Source of the DNA: an uncultured Verrucomicrobiota bacterium
GTDB taxonomy: Bacteria > Verrucomicrobiota > Kiritimatiellia > JAAZAB01
DNA: 64,000 nt
Reading direction: 5' to 3'
Assembly (NCBI GenBank): GCA_964617825.1
Contig: CAZTWL010000004.1
Location: 7,546 to 71,545 of the forward strand
Shown here: positions 18,762-28,122 of the stretch, piece after piece
Numbering within the stretch: position 1 is the first letter of the stretch
Layout: the number at the start of each line of letters is the position of its first letter
Notes under the pieces: generated by a model
Seen by the model: the letters and a program-made list of their open reading frames with translations, nothing else
The model's database searches: none
What the model was told of the DNA's origin: nothing
Program-made: the position numbers and the translations under genes

Positions 18762-21698
18762 ATGCACGTTCAATTTGTCAATCCATGGGCTTTGATCCTG
18801 CTCTGGCTGGTGCCGGTCATCGGCATAGCCTGGTTAGCGGGCTGGCATCTGAAAGCCCGCCGCCTGGCCGGCTTCCTCTCGCCGGATATGCGCCGGAAAC
18901 TGTGCCCTCCACCCCAGTCTCACCGTTTTTACTGGCAATGGGCGCTGGCCTTGCTCGGGCTCCTCCTGGCATTGTTCGCCGCCGCCCGCCCACAATGGGG
19001 CCTGCGCGAGGAAAAAGTCATGCAACGTGGACGCGACTTGATCATTGCGCTCGATGTCTCGCGCTCCATGCTGGCGCAAGACGTCCATCCCAGCCGCCTC
19101 CAGCGTTCCAAGGCGGATATTCAGGATCTGCTCCGCGAACTGCGCGGCGACCGGGCGGCGCTGATCGTTTTTCGTGGCAAGGCGCTCCAGCTTTGCCCGC
19201 TGACCACCGACTATGCCTACCTCGAACAGGCTTTAGCCGATGTTTCTCCGGAATCGGCGCCGCGGGGCGAAACCGATATCGGCGACGCCATTAATAAGGC
19301 CATTGAGGCGTTCGAAAGCAACCTCGGCGCCTATCAGGCCATCATCCTCATCTCCGATGGCGAGGATCTGGTCGGCAAGGCCAAGGCGGCGGCCGACATC
19401 GCGAAGAAAAAAGGAGTGGTGATTTTTACGGTCGGCCTGGGCGACCCGCAGGGCGCCAAAATTCCAAGCTCGGCCCGCGCCAACGAATTCATGAAATATC
19501 AGGGCCAGGATGTGGTCAGCAAGCTTCAGCACGAGACCCTGAAGGCAATTGCCGAAATCACGGGCGGCGTTTATGTGCCTGTCGGCACGGCCAACGTCAA
19601 GTTGGACAAACTGTATCACGACCATTTGAGCAAGCTGACCACACGCGACATTGAGGAGTCGATCCGGCGCCGCTATATTGACCGTTATCAGTGGTTCCTC
19701 CTGCCGGCAGTGCTGGCCTTCCTGGCCGCCGGACTGCTGAGCCGCGGTCGTCTGGGCAAACGATCCCGGACGCTTCCTTCCGATACGGGCACGGCCGTTG
19801 CTTCCGGCGCTTCAATGGCAAAACAATTCATGCCGTCCAACTCTGCGAGCATCTTAGCGCTGTTTCTCCCGCTTGCGCTGGCGGCCGGACTTCTCCAGGC
19901 CCAGGTTCCCAAAACGAGCGTCTTGACAACCAATGCCGGAGGGATTTCCGCCCTTGCCCAGACAATGCCGGGTCAAACCGGCGCAGCGTCAACTATGGCG
20001 GCTTCGGACACGAACACAACGCCGACTGCCAATGTCTTGACGAATGCGGCCATTGCCCAGACATCGTACGCTACAGGCCGCGAAGGCGCGCGGCGCGCCC
20101 AACGTCTGTACAAGATAGGCTCCTATCACGAAGCCGCAAAAACATATCTGGCAGCCATGCCGGGCCAAACGGCAGCGTTGCAGAACGATTGCCTTTTCAA
20201 TGCCGGGGATGCGCTCTATCGGGCCGGTCAATACCAGGCGGCGGTAGAAAAATATACCGAACTGACAACACGCCAGCCGAATGATCCCGCAGCCGCGTTT
20301 TACAATCTGGGTTGCGCCACCTTCCAGCTGGCCGATCAGGCTAAATCCGCCGGGACCAACCTGCCACCCGATACCCGCCCGACATTATTGGAACGTTCCG
20401 GAGTGGCATTCCAGCGCGCACTGCGTGCGCAGAACGATGATCTGGCGGCGCGCGCGAATCTTGGTGTGATTACCAATTTGCTCCCGGAAGCCCGCGAAAA
20501 AGCCAAAATTCAAGCCTTAATGGCCCGTTATCAGGGCATGCAGCCGCCGCAAATGGCCGATACGCTGCTCGAAAACCAACGCAAAATCGGCGCCAGTCTG
20601 ACCGTTGCCCTGACCAATGCCGCGCCATCCCGGATCGGACAGATGGAAGCCTTAAGCGCGCAGCAGCGCGACAATGCGGATGCGCTTATGCCGCTTAAAA
20701 TCGCCCTGGCTTCGGCTATGGCCCAGATGGCGGCTTCCTCGACATCGGGAGCGCCCCAATCCGCCCAGATGGAACAGCATATCGAGGCGGTGCGCAATAC
20801 CATGCAACAAGCTGCCGAATCGCTCCGCAACTTGGAAAATGAATCCTATCGCTCGGTCATGAAAGCCGAATCCGGTATTTACATCCTTTGGAAAGGCATG
20901 GCCCAATTTCCACAATTGCTCCGCGAGGATATTTTCCGCCAGACCAACACGATCGACCAGACAACCTCTGTCCTGGCCCGTAAAGCCGAAACGGAACTGT
21001 CTGTAATCCGCTACCAGCAGAATGAAGCCCGCGAATTGACCAGCTTGTTCGTCGAACGTTTCTCGCAGGCTGTGCCTCCGGATGGAATGCCTCCTCCGGG
21101 CGGGCCCGCGCCACAAGGTGGAACGCCGGGCGCAAAAGCGGGACCATTCAAGGCAAATCTCAATACCGCATCTGTCACCAATGCGCCGGAAGAGAAACAA
21201 ATGATCACCGCGGAAGTGCGTTCCAATATTCTGGCCCTGGCCCAGCAGGCCATGCTCCAGCAAGACTTGGCGCTCGGGCAGATCAATGCCACCAATCTCA
21301 CCGCTTCCCTGCCCGGACAGCGCCAAGCTTATGCGCTTCTTAAAGAAATCGAAAAACTCCTGCCGAAAGATAAGAACCAAAACCAGCAAAAGCAGGATCA
21401 GCAACAACAGCAGCAAAAGCAGGAACAGCAGAAGCAGGATCAACAAAAGCAAGATCAGCCTAAGCAGGAAGAGCAGAAGCAAGAGCAGCAAAAGCCGGAA
21501 CAACCACAGCAAGATCAACAACAAGAGCAACAGCCCAATGCCGACCAGAAGCCGGAGCCGCCGAATAAAGACAAGGAAATGACCCCCGAACAAGCCAAGG
21601 CGCTCTTGGAAAAGGCACAGCAGCGCGAAAAAGATCACCGCGAGAAACGCGAACTGGATAGCTACATTACGCCATCTCCGGTGGAAAAGGACTGGTGA
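18762..21698 (+). CDS. BatB/BatC-like fusion: TM + vWA + TPR + long K/Q/E-rich low-complexity tail
   Basis: LIIALDVSRSM vWA motif, TPR-like helices, then about 70 aa of QQKQDQQ... repeats before a charged C-terminus. Confidence 0.75.
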   Translation: MHVQFVNPWALILLWLVPVIGIAWLAGWHLKARRLAGFLSPDMRRKLCPPPQSHRFYWQWALALLGLLLALFAAARPQWGLREEKVMQRGRDLIIALDVSRSMLAQDVHPSRLQRSKADIQDLLRELRGDRAALIVFRGKALQLCPLTTDYAYLEQALADVSPESAPRGETDIGDAINKAIEAFESNLGAYQAIILISDGEDLVGKAKAAADIAKKKGVVIFTVGLGDPQGAKIPSSARANEFMKYQGQDVVSKLQHETLKAIAEITGGVYVPVGTANVKLDKLYHDHLSKLTTRDIEESIRRRYIDRYQWFLLPAVLAFLAAGLLSRGRLGKRSRTLPSDTGTAVASGASMAKQFMPSNSASILALFLPLALAAGLLQAQVPKTSVLTTNAGGISALAQTMPGQTGAASTMAASDTNTTPTANVLTNAAIAQTSYATGREGARRAQRLYKIGSYHEAAKTYLAAMPGQTAALQNDCLFNAGDALYRAGQYQAAVEKYTELTTRQPNDPAAAFYNLGCATFQLADQAKSAGTNLPPDTRPTLLERSGVAFQRALRAQNDDLAARANLGVITNLLPEAREKAKIQALMARYQGMQPPQMADTLLENQRKIGASLTVALTNAAPSRIGQMEALSAQQRDNADALMPLKIALASAMAQMAASSTSGAPQSAQMEQHIEAVRNTMQQAAESLRNLENESYRSVMKAESGIYILWKGMAQFPQLLREDIFRQTNTIDQTTSVLARKAETELSVIRYQQNEARELTSLFVERFSQAVPPDGMPPPGGPAPQGGTPGAKAGPFKANLNTASVTNAPEEKQMITAEVRSNILALAQQAMLQQDLALGQINATNLTASLPGQRQAYALLKEIEKLLPKDKNQNQQKQDQQQQQQKQEQQKQDQQKQDQPKQEEQKQEQQKPEQPQQDQQQEQQPNADQKPEPPNKDKEMTPEQAKALLEKAQQREKDHREKRELDSYITPSPVEKDW
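21370..21570 (+). repeat. Imperfect tandem cag/aag codon repeats encoding a Gln/Lys/Glu-rich tract
   Basis: Visible cagcaaaagcaggatcagcaacaacagcagcaaaagcaggaacagcagaagcaggatcaacaaaagcaagatcag... periodicity. Confidence 0.7.
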
Positions 21699-21948
21699 TG
21701 TAAGCACGCCAATGGATGATCAAAAACGGAGCAGTTGTCTGCCATGAGCAGGCGACGGATTATGCGCTGCGCGCGAGGTGTCGGCTGTTGCGAACTTGGT
21801 TATGAATTTTATAATTTGCGGCTCGCATGTTATGATCATTGCTCTTATCCGTTTCTGAGTTGTTTTTGCCGGAATGCATTTTTTTCTTTGGATTTTGGAG
21901 CTTGGATTATTTCTGGCTGCGTGCATAGTTCATTTGAGGCGAGTTACA

Positions 21949-24561
21949 ATGAGAACTATTTTCAGCACGTTGCTATCCGTCACGCTATTGATGTTCACGG
22001 TCCTGCCGCTCGTGGCCGAAGATACGAATTTGAGCGTGGAGGCCAATCGCAACCAGCTTTATCTGGGCGAATCGTTTATCCTGCAGATCAATGTGTCCGG
22101 TACGGGCGAAGCCGATCCCGACCTCTCCCAGATCAAGAACGGCAAGATCCGCAGTCTGGGCAAACAAAACATCAGTAATTACAGCATTAGTTTTGTAAAC
22201 GGCCAGATGACCCGCCAAGGCTTTTCCGGACTGATCGTCACCTATGAGATCACGCCACTAAGCTCCGGTCCCTTCCGCGCCGGGCCTATTGCCGTAACCG
22301 TCAACGGCAAGCGTTTGACCGCCGAGGGCCCTACCCTTACCGTCACCGATATCGAAAAGCAGGACCAGGTATATTTGTCCATTACCTCTTCCCGCGAAAC
22401 GGTGCTGATCGACGAGTCATTTGACGTGACCCTCACTGTCCGAATCAAGCGCATTGCAGGTCGATTTGCCAATACTGAGCCTCTTTTTCCCGAAAATCCG
22501 CCCATTTTGACCATTCCATGGCTGACTCTTGAAGGTCTTCCCGGCTTGAATGGTCCCGATCTTAACCAGCTTCTGAACAAATTGCTGATTCAAAATAGCC
22601 GTCCCGGTTTTGCCATTAACGATTATACGCGCCAGTCGGATCCATTCGACTTTGCCAGCTTAATGTCCGGCGGGCGCCGTCGGGCAATGTTTGCGTTTGA
22701 CCATCGCCTGGCCAGCCAGGACGGCAAGGATTACATGGAGTATTCAATCACATTGTCCTACGCTCCCGTGGACGAAGGCAACTACGTTTTCGGTCCCGCG
22801 GTATTTAAAGGTTCCGTGCCGGTCGAAGTTGACGAAAACGGACAGGCCCACGGCATGGCTGTTTTTGCCGTGGGACCCGCTTGTACGGTCCGGGTAATTC
22901 CGCCTCCCGAACAGAATCGTCCCGCGTGTTTCAGCGGCGCCATCGGCAGCAACCTGACGGCCAAGGCCGTCCTGGATGCAACCACCTGTTCCGTGGGCGA
23001 CCCGCTTAAACTGACCTTGGAACTTGCCGGCCGTGTACGTTTTGACAAAATGTTGCCGCCCAAGTTGACGCTGCAAACCAACCTGCTGAGCCATTTTACC
23101 ATTTACGATAACACCGTGCAGACCGATAGAAAAGGCGACACCTGCCGGTATACCTACACGCTGCGGCCGCTCCATGCCGGGGCGTTCCAGGTGCCGCCGA
23201 TTGAAGTGGCCTATTATGACGTCAAAAGCCGCGAATACAAAATTATCGCAACCGAGCTGATCCCACTGGCGGTTAAAAAAGGATCCGAGGTCACCGGCTC
23301 ACAGATCGTTGGCAACACCAATCGTTTGCAGGCCGTATCCAGGATAGAAGATGATCGCACTAAGCCGATCGCAGCCGCCCGCACGGGCATGACCGGATCG
23401 GATTCCGTGCCCCTGTTGGGCAATCCCGCCTGGCTGGCACTGGCCGGCGCCGGTCCGGTACTGTTCCTCCTCGGACTGATGTTCCAGTTTTATCGGGAGC
23501 ATAACGAACAGCATCGCGCCGCGCTGCGCCGCCAGCAGGCCATGCCGCATGCTTGGCGGCGCTTAAGCCGGGCAATCAAGTTAAGCGCCATCGATACATC
23601 CGCTGCAGCTGATGAGGTCTGCGACGCCATTCGCCAATATGTTTCCGAGCGCCTGGGCGTTCCGGCAGCGGGCATCACCCCGGAAGATACCAGGCGTATG
23701 CTGACGGCAGCGTCTGAACCGCCGGCCATCATTGCGTCCAAGGCCATGGTTGTGGCCGATGATCCGGTTGGGGAATTGTGCCGTATTTTCGAAAACTATT
23801 TTAACGCCGGCTTTTCGACTCAAACCGAATTCAAGGATATTGGCGTCGATTGCCGGAAACTCCGCAAGCTCATTCCAAAAATCGAACTGGCTTTGCGAAA
23901 ATTTGAAAGAAGAAAGCGCCGTCAAGCCGTGGCCCAGCCCCTGCTGTTGATTGCCGGCAGCCTTATCCTGTTTTCCTGCCTGCCGGCACACGCCCTGGAT
24001 GCATCCGAACGGGCCTTCATCTGGAACGAGGGGCAGGCACATATGGCGGCCGCCCGCACGCCGGAAGACTACCTGCGCGCGGCTCAAACATATCAGAAAC
24101 TTGTGGACGCTGGTGTGCGCAACGGTCCCCTGTTTTACAACCTGGGCACCGCCTTCCTGCATGCCGGCCAGATCGCTCCGGCGATCGACGCATTGCAAAG
24201 GGCCGAGCAGTTTTTGGGTTTCCAGAACGATATTCGCCAAAATCTTAAAATCGCCATGGCGCGCAAGGCCAACAACGAGACCGCCGAATGGCCATGGTAC
24301 CGGCTGGTAATGTTCTGGCACTTCTATCTGTCAGCCGCGACGCGCCTGATGGTGACCGCCATCGCGTTTTTTGTTTTCTGGGTAATATTGATCCTGCGGC
24401 TGCTGGGCATTCGACGCGGCGATGTCAATACCATCATGATTCTGGCGGCCCTTGCCATGGTCCTCTTCGGCTCAAGTGTGGCCACGTCCTGGCATCAAGC
24501 CGCAACGTCCGGCAGCTACCAGCTCGTTCAGCAAACGCCGCCGGATTCGGCAAACAAATAA
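21949..24561 (+). CDS. BatD-like (oxygen-tolerance family) protein with C-terminal TM/TPR extension
   Basis: Signal peptide (MRTIFSTLLSVTLLMFTVLPLVA), repeated beta-rich BatD-type segments, a TM after ~520 aa, then TPR-like helices and two more TM segments. Confidence 0.6.
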   Translation: MRTIFSTLLSVTLLMFTVLPLVAEDTNLSVEANRNQLYLGESFILQINVSGTGEADPDLSQIKNGKIRSLGKQNISNYSISFVNGQMTRQGFSGLIVTYEITPLSSGPFRAGPIAVTVNGKRLTAEGPTLTVTDIEKQDQVYLSITSSRETVLIDESFDVTLTVRIKRIAGRFANTEPLFPENPPILTIPWLTLEGLPGLNGPDLNQLLNKLLIQNSRPGFAINDYTRQSDPFDFASLMSGGRRRAMFAFDHRLASQDGKDYMEYSITLSYAPVDEGNYVFGPAVFKGSVPVEVDENGQAHGMAVFAVGPACTVRVIPPPEQNRPACFSGAIGSNLTAKAVLDATTCSVGDPLKLTLELAGRVRFDKMLPPKLTLQTNLLSHFTIYDNTVQTDRKGDTCRYTYTLRPLHAGAFQVPPIEVAYYDVKSREYKIIATELIPLAVKKGSEVTGSQIVGNTNRLQAVSRIEDDRTKPIAAARTGMTGSDSVPLLGNPAWLALAGAGPVLFLLGLMFQFYREHNEQHRAALRRQQAMPHAWRRLSRAIKLSAIDTSAAADEVCDAIRQYVSERLGVPAAGITPEDTRRMLTAASEPPAIIASKAMVVADDPVGELCRIFENYFNAGFSTQTEFKDIGVDCRKLRKLIPKIELALRKFERRKRRQAVAQPLLLIAGSLILFSCLPAHALDASERAFIWNEGQAHMAAARTPEDYLRAAQTYQKLVDAGVRNGPLFYNLGTAFLHAGQIAPAIDALQRAEQFLGFQNDIRQNLKIAMARKANNETAEWPWYRLVMFWHFYLSAATRLMVTAIAFFVFWVILILRLLGIRRGDVNTIMILAALAMVLFGSSVATSWHQAATSGSYQLVQQTPPDSANK

Positions 24562-24651
24562 AATCCGGATGCTGAGAAAAAGGCTGCGCTTGAGAGTCCT
24601 ACCGTATTTTTTTCGAATTTCCATAAAGTTGCCATTTCCGGTGCTCTGCGC

Positions 24652-24665
24652 CGATGAATTCATCG
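24652..24665. promoter_or_regulatory. Perfect 14-bp palindrome CGATGAATTCATCG upstream of the NqrF-like gene
   Basis: Exact dyad symmetry ~45 bp upstream of the predicted start. A ttgact -35-like hexamer follows it. Confidence 0.3.
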
Positions 24666-24711
24666 CGTTTATTGACTTGACGCCTTGCCGGAATCATGCT
24701 CAAAACATTGC

Positions 24712-25734
24712 ATGCCGGAAAGAACAGCAACAATTGCACAAATAAAAATCAACGACCGCCAACCCGTCGCGACGCCGGCGGGACAATCGCTGCTGGCCGC
24801 GCTTAATGCGCAGCATATCTTTGTTCCGTCCGCCTGCGGCGGTCATGGCATTTGCGGACTCTGCCGGGTCAAGGTGCTTGCGGGCGCCGGCCCCTTCTCC
24901 GCCCGGGAAGAAAACATCCTGAGCAAGGAGGATCGCGCCGCCGGCATACGCCTGGCCTGCCAAGTTCCGGTGCTAAACGACTTGCGGATCGAGATTCCAA
25001 ACGATTATTTTACCGCGCGCGCATACACGGCCAAAGTCGTCGGCCTGCGGGATTTGACGCACGATATCCGCGAATTTACCCTCCAGTTGCAAGCGCCGCC
25101 AAGCATCGATTTCAAGGCGGGCCAATACATCCAACTTCGCATTCCGCCTTACGAACAGTCGCGTAAAATCGTTTATCGCGCTTATTCCATTGCTTCGCCT
25201 CCTTCGGCAGGCGACCGCCTGGAACTGGAAATCCGTCAAGTCTTGAACGGCGTGGGCACGACCTATATTTTTAAGCATTTGGCGTTGAACATGACCGTTG
25301 TTTTCAATGGACCTTATGGTGATTTTTATCTGCGCGACAATGAGCGCTCCGTCATTCTGATTGCCGGCGGATCAGGCATGGCGCCGATGAAAGCCATCTT
25401 ATCCGATATGCAGGCGCGCAAGATTCGACGCCCGGTCCGCTACTTCTTTGGCACGGGCGCCCGGCGCGATCTTTTTCTGCTGGACGAAATGCAGGCGCTG
25501 GAACAAAGCCTGCCGAATTTCAAGTTTATCCCCGCGCTGGCCAAACCATTGCCGGAGGACCAATGGACCGGCGAAACGGGCCTGATCACCACGGTGCTGG
25601 ACCGACATTTGGAGAACCCGTATTCCGGAGAGGCTTATCTCTGCGGCAGCCCGGCCATGATTCAGGCCGCGATCACGATCCTGCACCAAAAAGGCGTCGC
25701 CGATGATCGTATATTTTTTGACAATTTCGCATAA
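24712..25734 (+). CDS. Soluble NqrF-like oxidoreductase (2Fe-2S ferredoxin + FAD + NAD(P)H domains)
   Basis: SACGGHGICGLCRVKV 2Fe-2S motif, RAYSIAS FAD-binding motif, GGSGMAPM NAD-binding motif, no TM. An alternative TTG start lies at 24685. Confidence 0.8.
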   Translation: MPERTATIAQIKINDRQPVATPAGQSLLAALNAQHIFVPSACGGHGICGLCRVKVLAGAGPFSAREENILSKEDRAAGIRLACQVPVLNDLRIEIPNDYFTARAYTAKVVGLRDLTHDIREFTLQLQAPPSIDFKAGQYIQLRIPPYEQSRKIVYRAYSIASPPSAGDRLELEIRQVLNGVGTTYIFKHLALNMTVVFNGPYGDFYLRDNERSVILIAGGSGMAPMKAILSDMQARKIRRPVRYFFGTGARRDLFLLDEMQALEQSLPNFKFIPALAKPLPEDQWTGETGLITTVLDRHLENPYSGEAYLCGSPAMIQAAITILHQKGVADDRIFFDNFA

Positions 25735-25833
25735 TTTAAGCGCAAGTGCATCGCGCTTTTGGCGGGAAGGCATTGCCAATAAGATTGTCCGCCAATGACA
25801 GAAAAGGACCGCAAATCGGACCGAGGTGGAGTC

Positions 25834-26304
25834 ATGAAAAAAAGCAAAGCCCTGGATGCCCTTGACCAAAGCCTGCGCCAAGCCAACACTACCGGCACCG
25901 GATTTCTGGGAACGGATGAAAGGCCTTTGAAGTCCATTCTGCAGGACGATGACCATGCTGTCCGGAAACTGGGATTGACCCACGCGGACATTGCCCAAAA
26001 AATGGTTGCCTTGCGCCGGGCCGGCTGGGATGGATTGGGCGAACCCGTGGCCGTGCCTCCGCATCTGGAAGTGTGTGTGGATGCAGCGCGCGGAACCATC
26101 CCCTGCCCCTTTGGTGACCAGGATGCGATTGCCAAGGTCAATACAACCGTTCGCAATCTTGCCAGCGGGGAACGCGTCGTATTCAGCGATTTGAATATTC
26201 ATCTGATTGCCGCGCACGGATTTTACGAGGGCCGCGGCGCCCAATTCCGCCTGGATCCGGAACAATTGCGGGACGCTCTGGAAATCGGCAATGGCTTTCG
26301 CTGA
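25834..26304 (+). CDS. Hypothetical protein
   Basis: ATG preceded by gaggtggag, with clean coding periodicity. The overlapping minus-strand ORF 25399..26265 looks like an antisense artefact. Confidence 0.45.
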   Translation: MKKSKALDALDQSLRQANTTGTGFLGTDERPLKSILQDDDHAVRKLGLTHADIAQKMVALRRAGWDGLGEPVAVPPHLEVCVDAARGTIPCPFGDQDAIAKVNTTVRNLASGERVVFSDLNIHLIAAHGFYEGRGAQFRLDPEQLRDALEIGNGFR

Positions 26305-26429
26305 TTACCCGACAAAAAACATCACGGAATTCATTGATTTTGATCGCAGAGGGTGATAATAATAATGTTTATTGATCCGGAACTTTGTTCCGGAATCAAA
26401 GCGCATACCCGGGTAGCAGAGGAGGCTTT

Positions 26430-26759
26430 ATGCAAATCGTCACCAGCAAGGTTGATCAAACGACAATTTTGGCCCTCAAAGGCCGTATGGATGTAATCGG
26501 CGCAATGGAATTTGAAAAAGCAATTGCCTTGTGTCTTCAGGAAGGCAACAAGCAGATTGTCGTTGACCTGGACGGGTTGGAGTATATCAGCAGCGCCGGA
26601 TTGCGCAGTTTGCTTTCGACCGCCAAAAAATTCAAGGAAATCAAGGGTACGGCCAACTTCTGCAATGTCAAGGGTGTTGTCAAGGAAGTCTTTACAATGT
26701 CCGGTTTCGATTCAATCCTCCCGATCTTTAAATCGGTCAAAGCCGCTCTGCCGGCGTAG
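26430..26759 (+). CDS. STAS-domain protein (anti-sigma-factor antagonist, SpoIIAA-like)
   Basis: gaggagg RBS. The segment VVDLDGLEYISSAGLRSLL carries the STAS Ser. Confidence 0.75.
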   Translation: MQIVTSKVDQTTILALKGRMDVIGAMEFEKAIALCLQEGNKQIVVDLDGLEYISSAGLRSLLSTAKKFKEIKGTANFCNVKGVVKEVFTMSGFDSILPIFKSVKAALPA

Positions 26760-26763
26760 TGCC

Positions 26764-27096
26764 ATGCAAATTATCTACAAAAAGAAAGATACGGCCGTTG
26801 TCATGAGCATCCATGGGCATTTCAATGCCGGCGATGCCCAGGAGTTCGAACGGATATTCAACCAACACCTGGATGCCGGCGAACGCCGTTTTGTCCTGAA
26901 CCTGGCTGAGTTGTCCTTCATCAACAGCGCGGGTTTGTGCAGTATTCTGTCCATTGCCAAGAAAATCAGGGAGTTGGAAGGCAAACTCGTGGTTTGTGCC
27001 CTGCAAGGCGAAGCGCTCAAAGTGTTCGAGATTTCCGGGTTTGCCTCCTTGTTCTCGATCTATCCGACTGAGGCAGCTGCGCTCAAACAGGTATGA
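26764..27096 (+). CDS. STAS-domain protein (second tandem copy)
   Basis: LNLAELSFINSAGLCSIL STAS motif. It starts 5 nt after the previous stop. Confidence 0.75.
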   Translation: MQIIYKKKDTAVVMSIHGHFNAGDAQEFERIFNQHLDAGERRFVLNLAELSFINSAGLCSILSIAKKIRELEGKLVVCALQGEALKVFEISGFASLFSIYPTEAAALKQV

Positions 27097-27111
27097 TTCT
27101 TCCCGACACCC

Positions 27112-28122
27112 ATGAACCAGGCCATCAACGCCCGTCGGCTCCCGCTTATTGCCGGCTTGCTATGCCTGTCCGGGATGTTGAATACCGCTCTGGCCGGGGA
27201 TAAGCCAACCATCTTGATCCCGCAGTGGGAACCCCAAGCCCAATTCGCCGGCTATTATGTTGCGGCCGAAAAAGGCTTTTATGCCCGTAATGGCCTGAAC
27301 GTTACCATTCTCCGCGGCGGCCCGGAGCAGCCCATTTGCCGCTTGCTTAAGGAAGGCCAGGCAGACTTTGCCACAACCTTCCTGACCTCCGCGCTGGAAA
27401 AGCGTTCACTTGAAGGGCTGCCGCTGGTCAATATCGCTCAAATTGTCCAGCGATCCTCGCTCCTGCTGGTGGCTAGGAAATCGTCCGGGATCCGTTCGCC
27501 GGCCGATTTACAGGGCAAAACGGTCAGCATTTGGCCCGATTTTGCGGTTCAACCCAAAGCCCTGTTCCGTAAATTTGGCGTCGACCCGCGAATGTTGCCC
27601 CAGAGCGCATCGATCAACCTTTTCTTGCGCGGGGCTGTCGATGCCGCATCCGCCATGTGGTATAACGAGTATCATATGCTGCTCAACAGCGGAATTGAGG
27701 AACAAGATTTGACGGTTTTCTTTTACGACCAGTTCGAACTTAATTTTCCCGAAGACGGTATCTATTGCCTGGCAGCGACATTGAAACAGGATCCGGACCG
27801 TTGTCGCCGCTTTGTGCAAGCCTCGATCGCCGGTTGGCAGTACGCGTTCCAGCACCCAGAGGAAGCTCTGGATATCGTCATGCAAAAGGTGACCGCTCTC
27901 AATCGCCCAACCAATCGCGTCCACCAGCGCTGGATGCTGAGACGCATGCAGGATATCATACAGCCGCCCGGCGGCCGGCCCATTGGCGAACTGCAGGAAG
28001 CCGATTACCTGCGTGTGGCCCGTGAACTTCAAGCCGCCGGCCAGATCAAAACCATTCCCGACTGGCACGAATTCTATGAAAACTGCGCCATTAACATTTC
28101 GACGAACCAGCCTGGCCGTTAA
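27112..28122 (+). CDS. NMT1/THI5-like periplasmic substrate-binding protein (SsuA/TauA-type)
   Basis: Signal peptide (LIAGLLCLSGMLNTALA) and an NMT1-type fold pattern. Confidence 0.65.
   Translation: MNQAINARRLPLIAGLLCLSGMLNTALAGDKPTILIPQWEPQAQFAGYYVAAEKGFYARNGLNVTILRGGPEQPICRLLKEGQADFATTFLTSALEKRSLEGLPLVNIAQIVQRSSLLLVARKSSGIRSPADLQGKTVSIWPDFAVQPKALFRKFGVDPRMLPQSASINLFLRGAVDAASAMWYNEYHMLLNSGIEEQDLTVFFYDQFELNFPEDGIYCLAATLKQDPDRCRRFVQASIAGWQYAFQHPEEALDIVMQKVTALNRPTNRVHQRWMLRRMQDIIQPPGGRPIGELQEADYLRVARELQAAGQIKTIPDWHEFYENCAINISTNQPGR

Noticed and set aside
20652-21707. 351-aa poly-Leu ORF on the minus strand
   Set aside because: It is the mirror image of the cag/aag repeat that encodes the BatB/C Gln/Lys tail.
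24685-24711. TTG start extending the NqrF-like protein by 9 residues (MPESCSKHC)
   Set aside because: Homologous soluble reductases begin right at the ferredoxin domain. The ATG at 24712 is preferred, though neither start has a clear RBS.
25399-26265. 288-aa minus-strand ORF overlapping the NqrF-like gene and the downstream hypothetical gene
   Set aside because: It overlaps two plus-strand genes that have motifs or an RBS. Its translation has no recognisable features.
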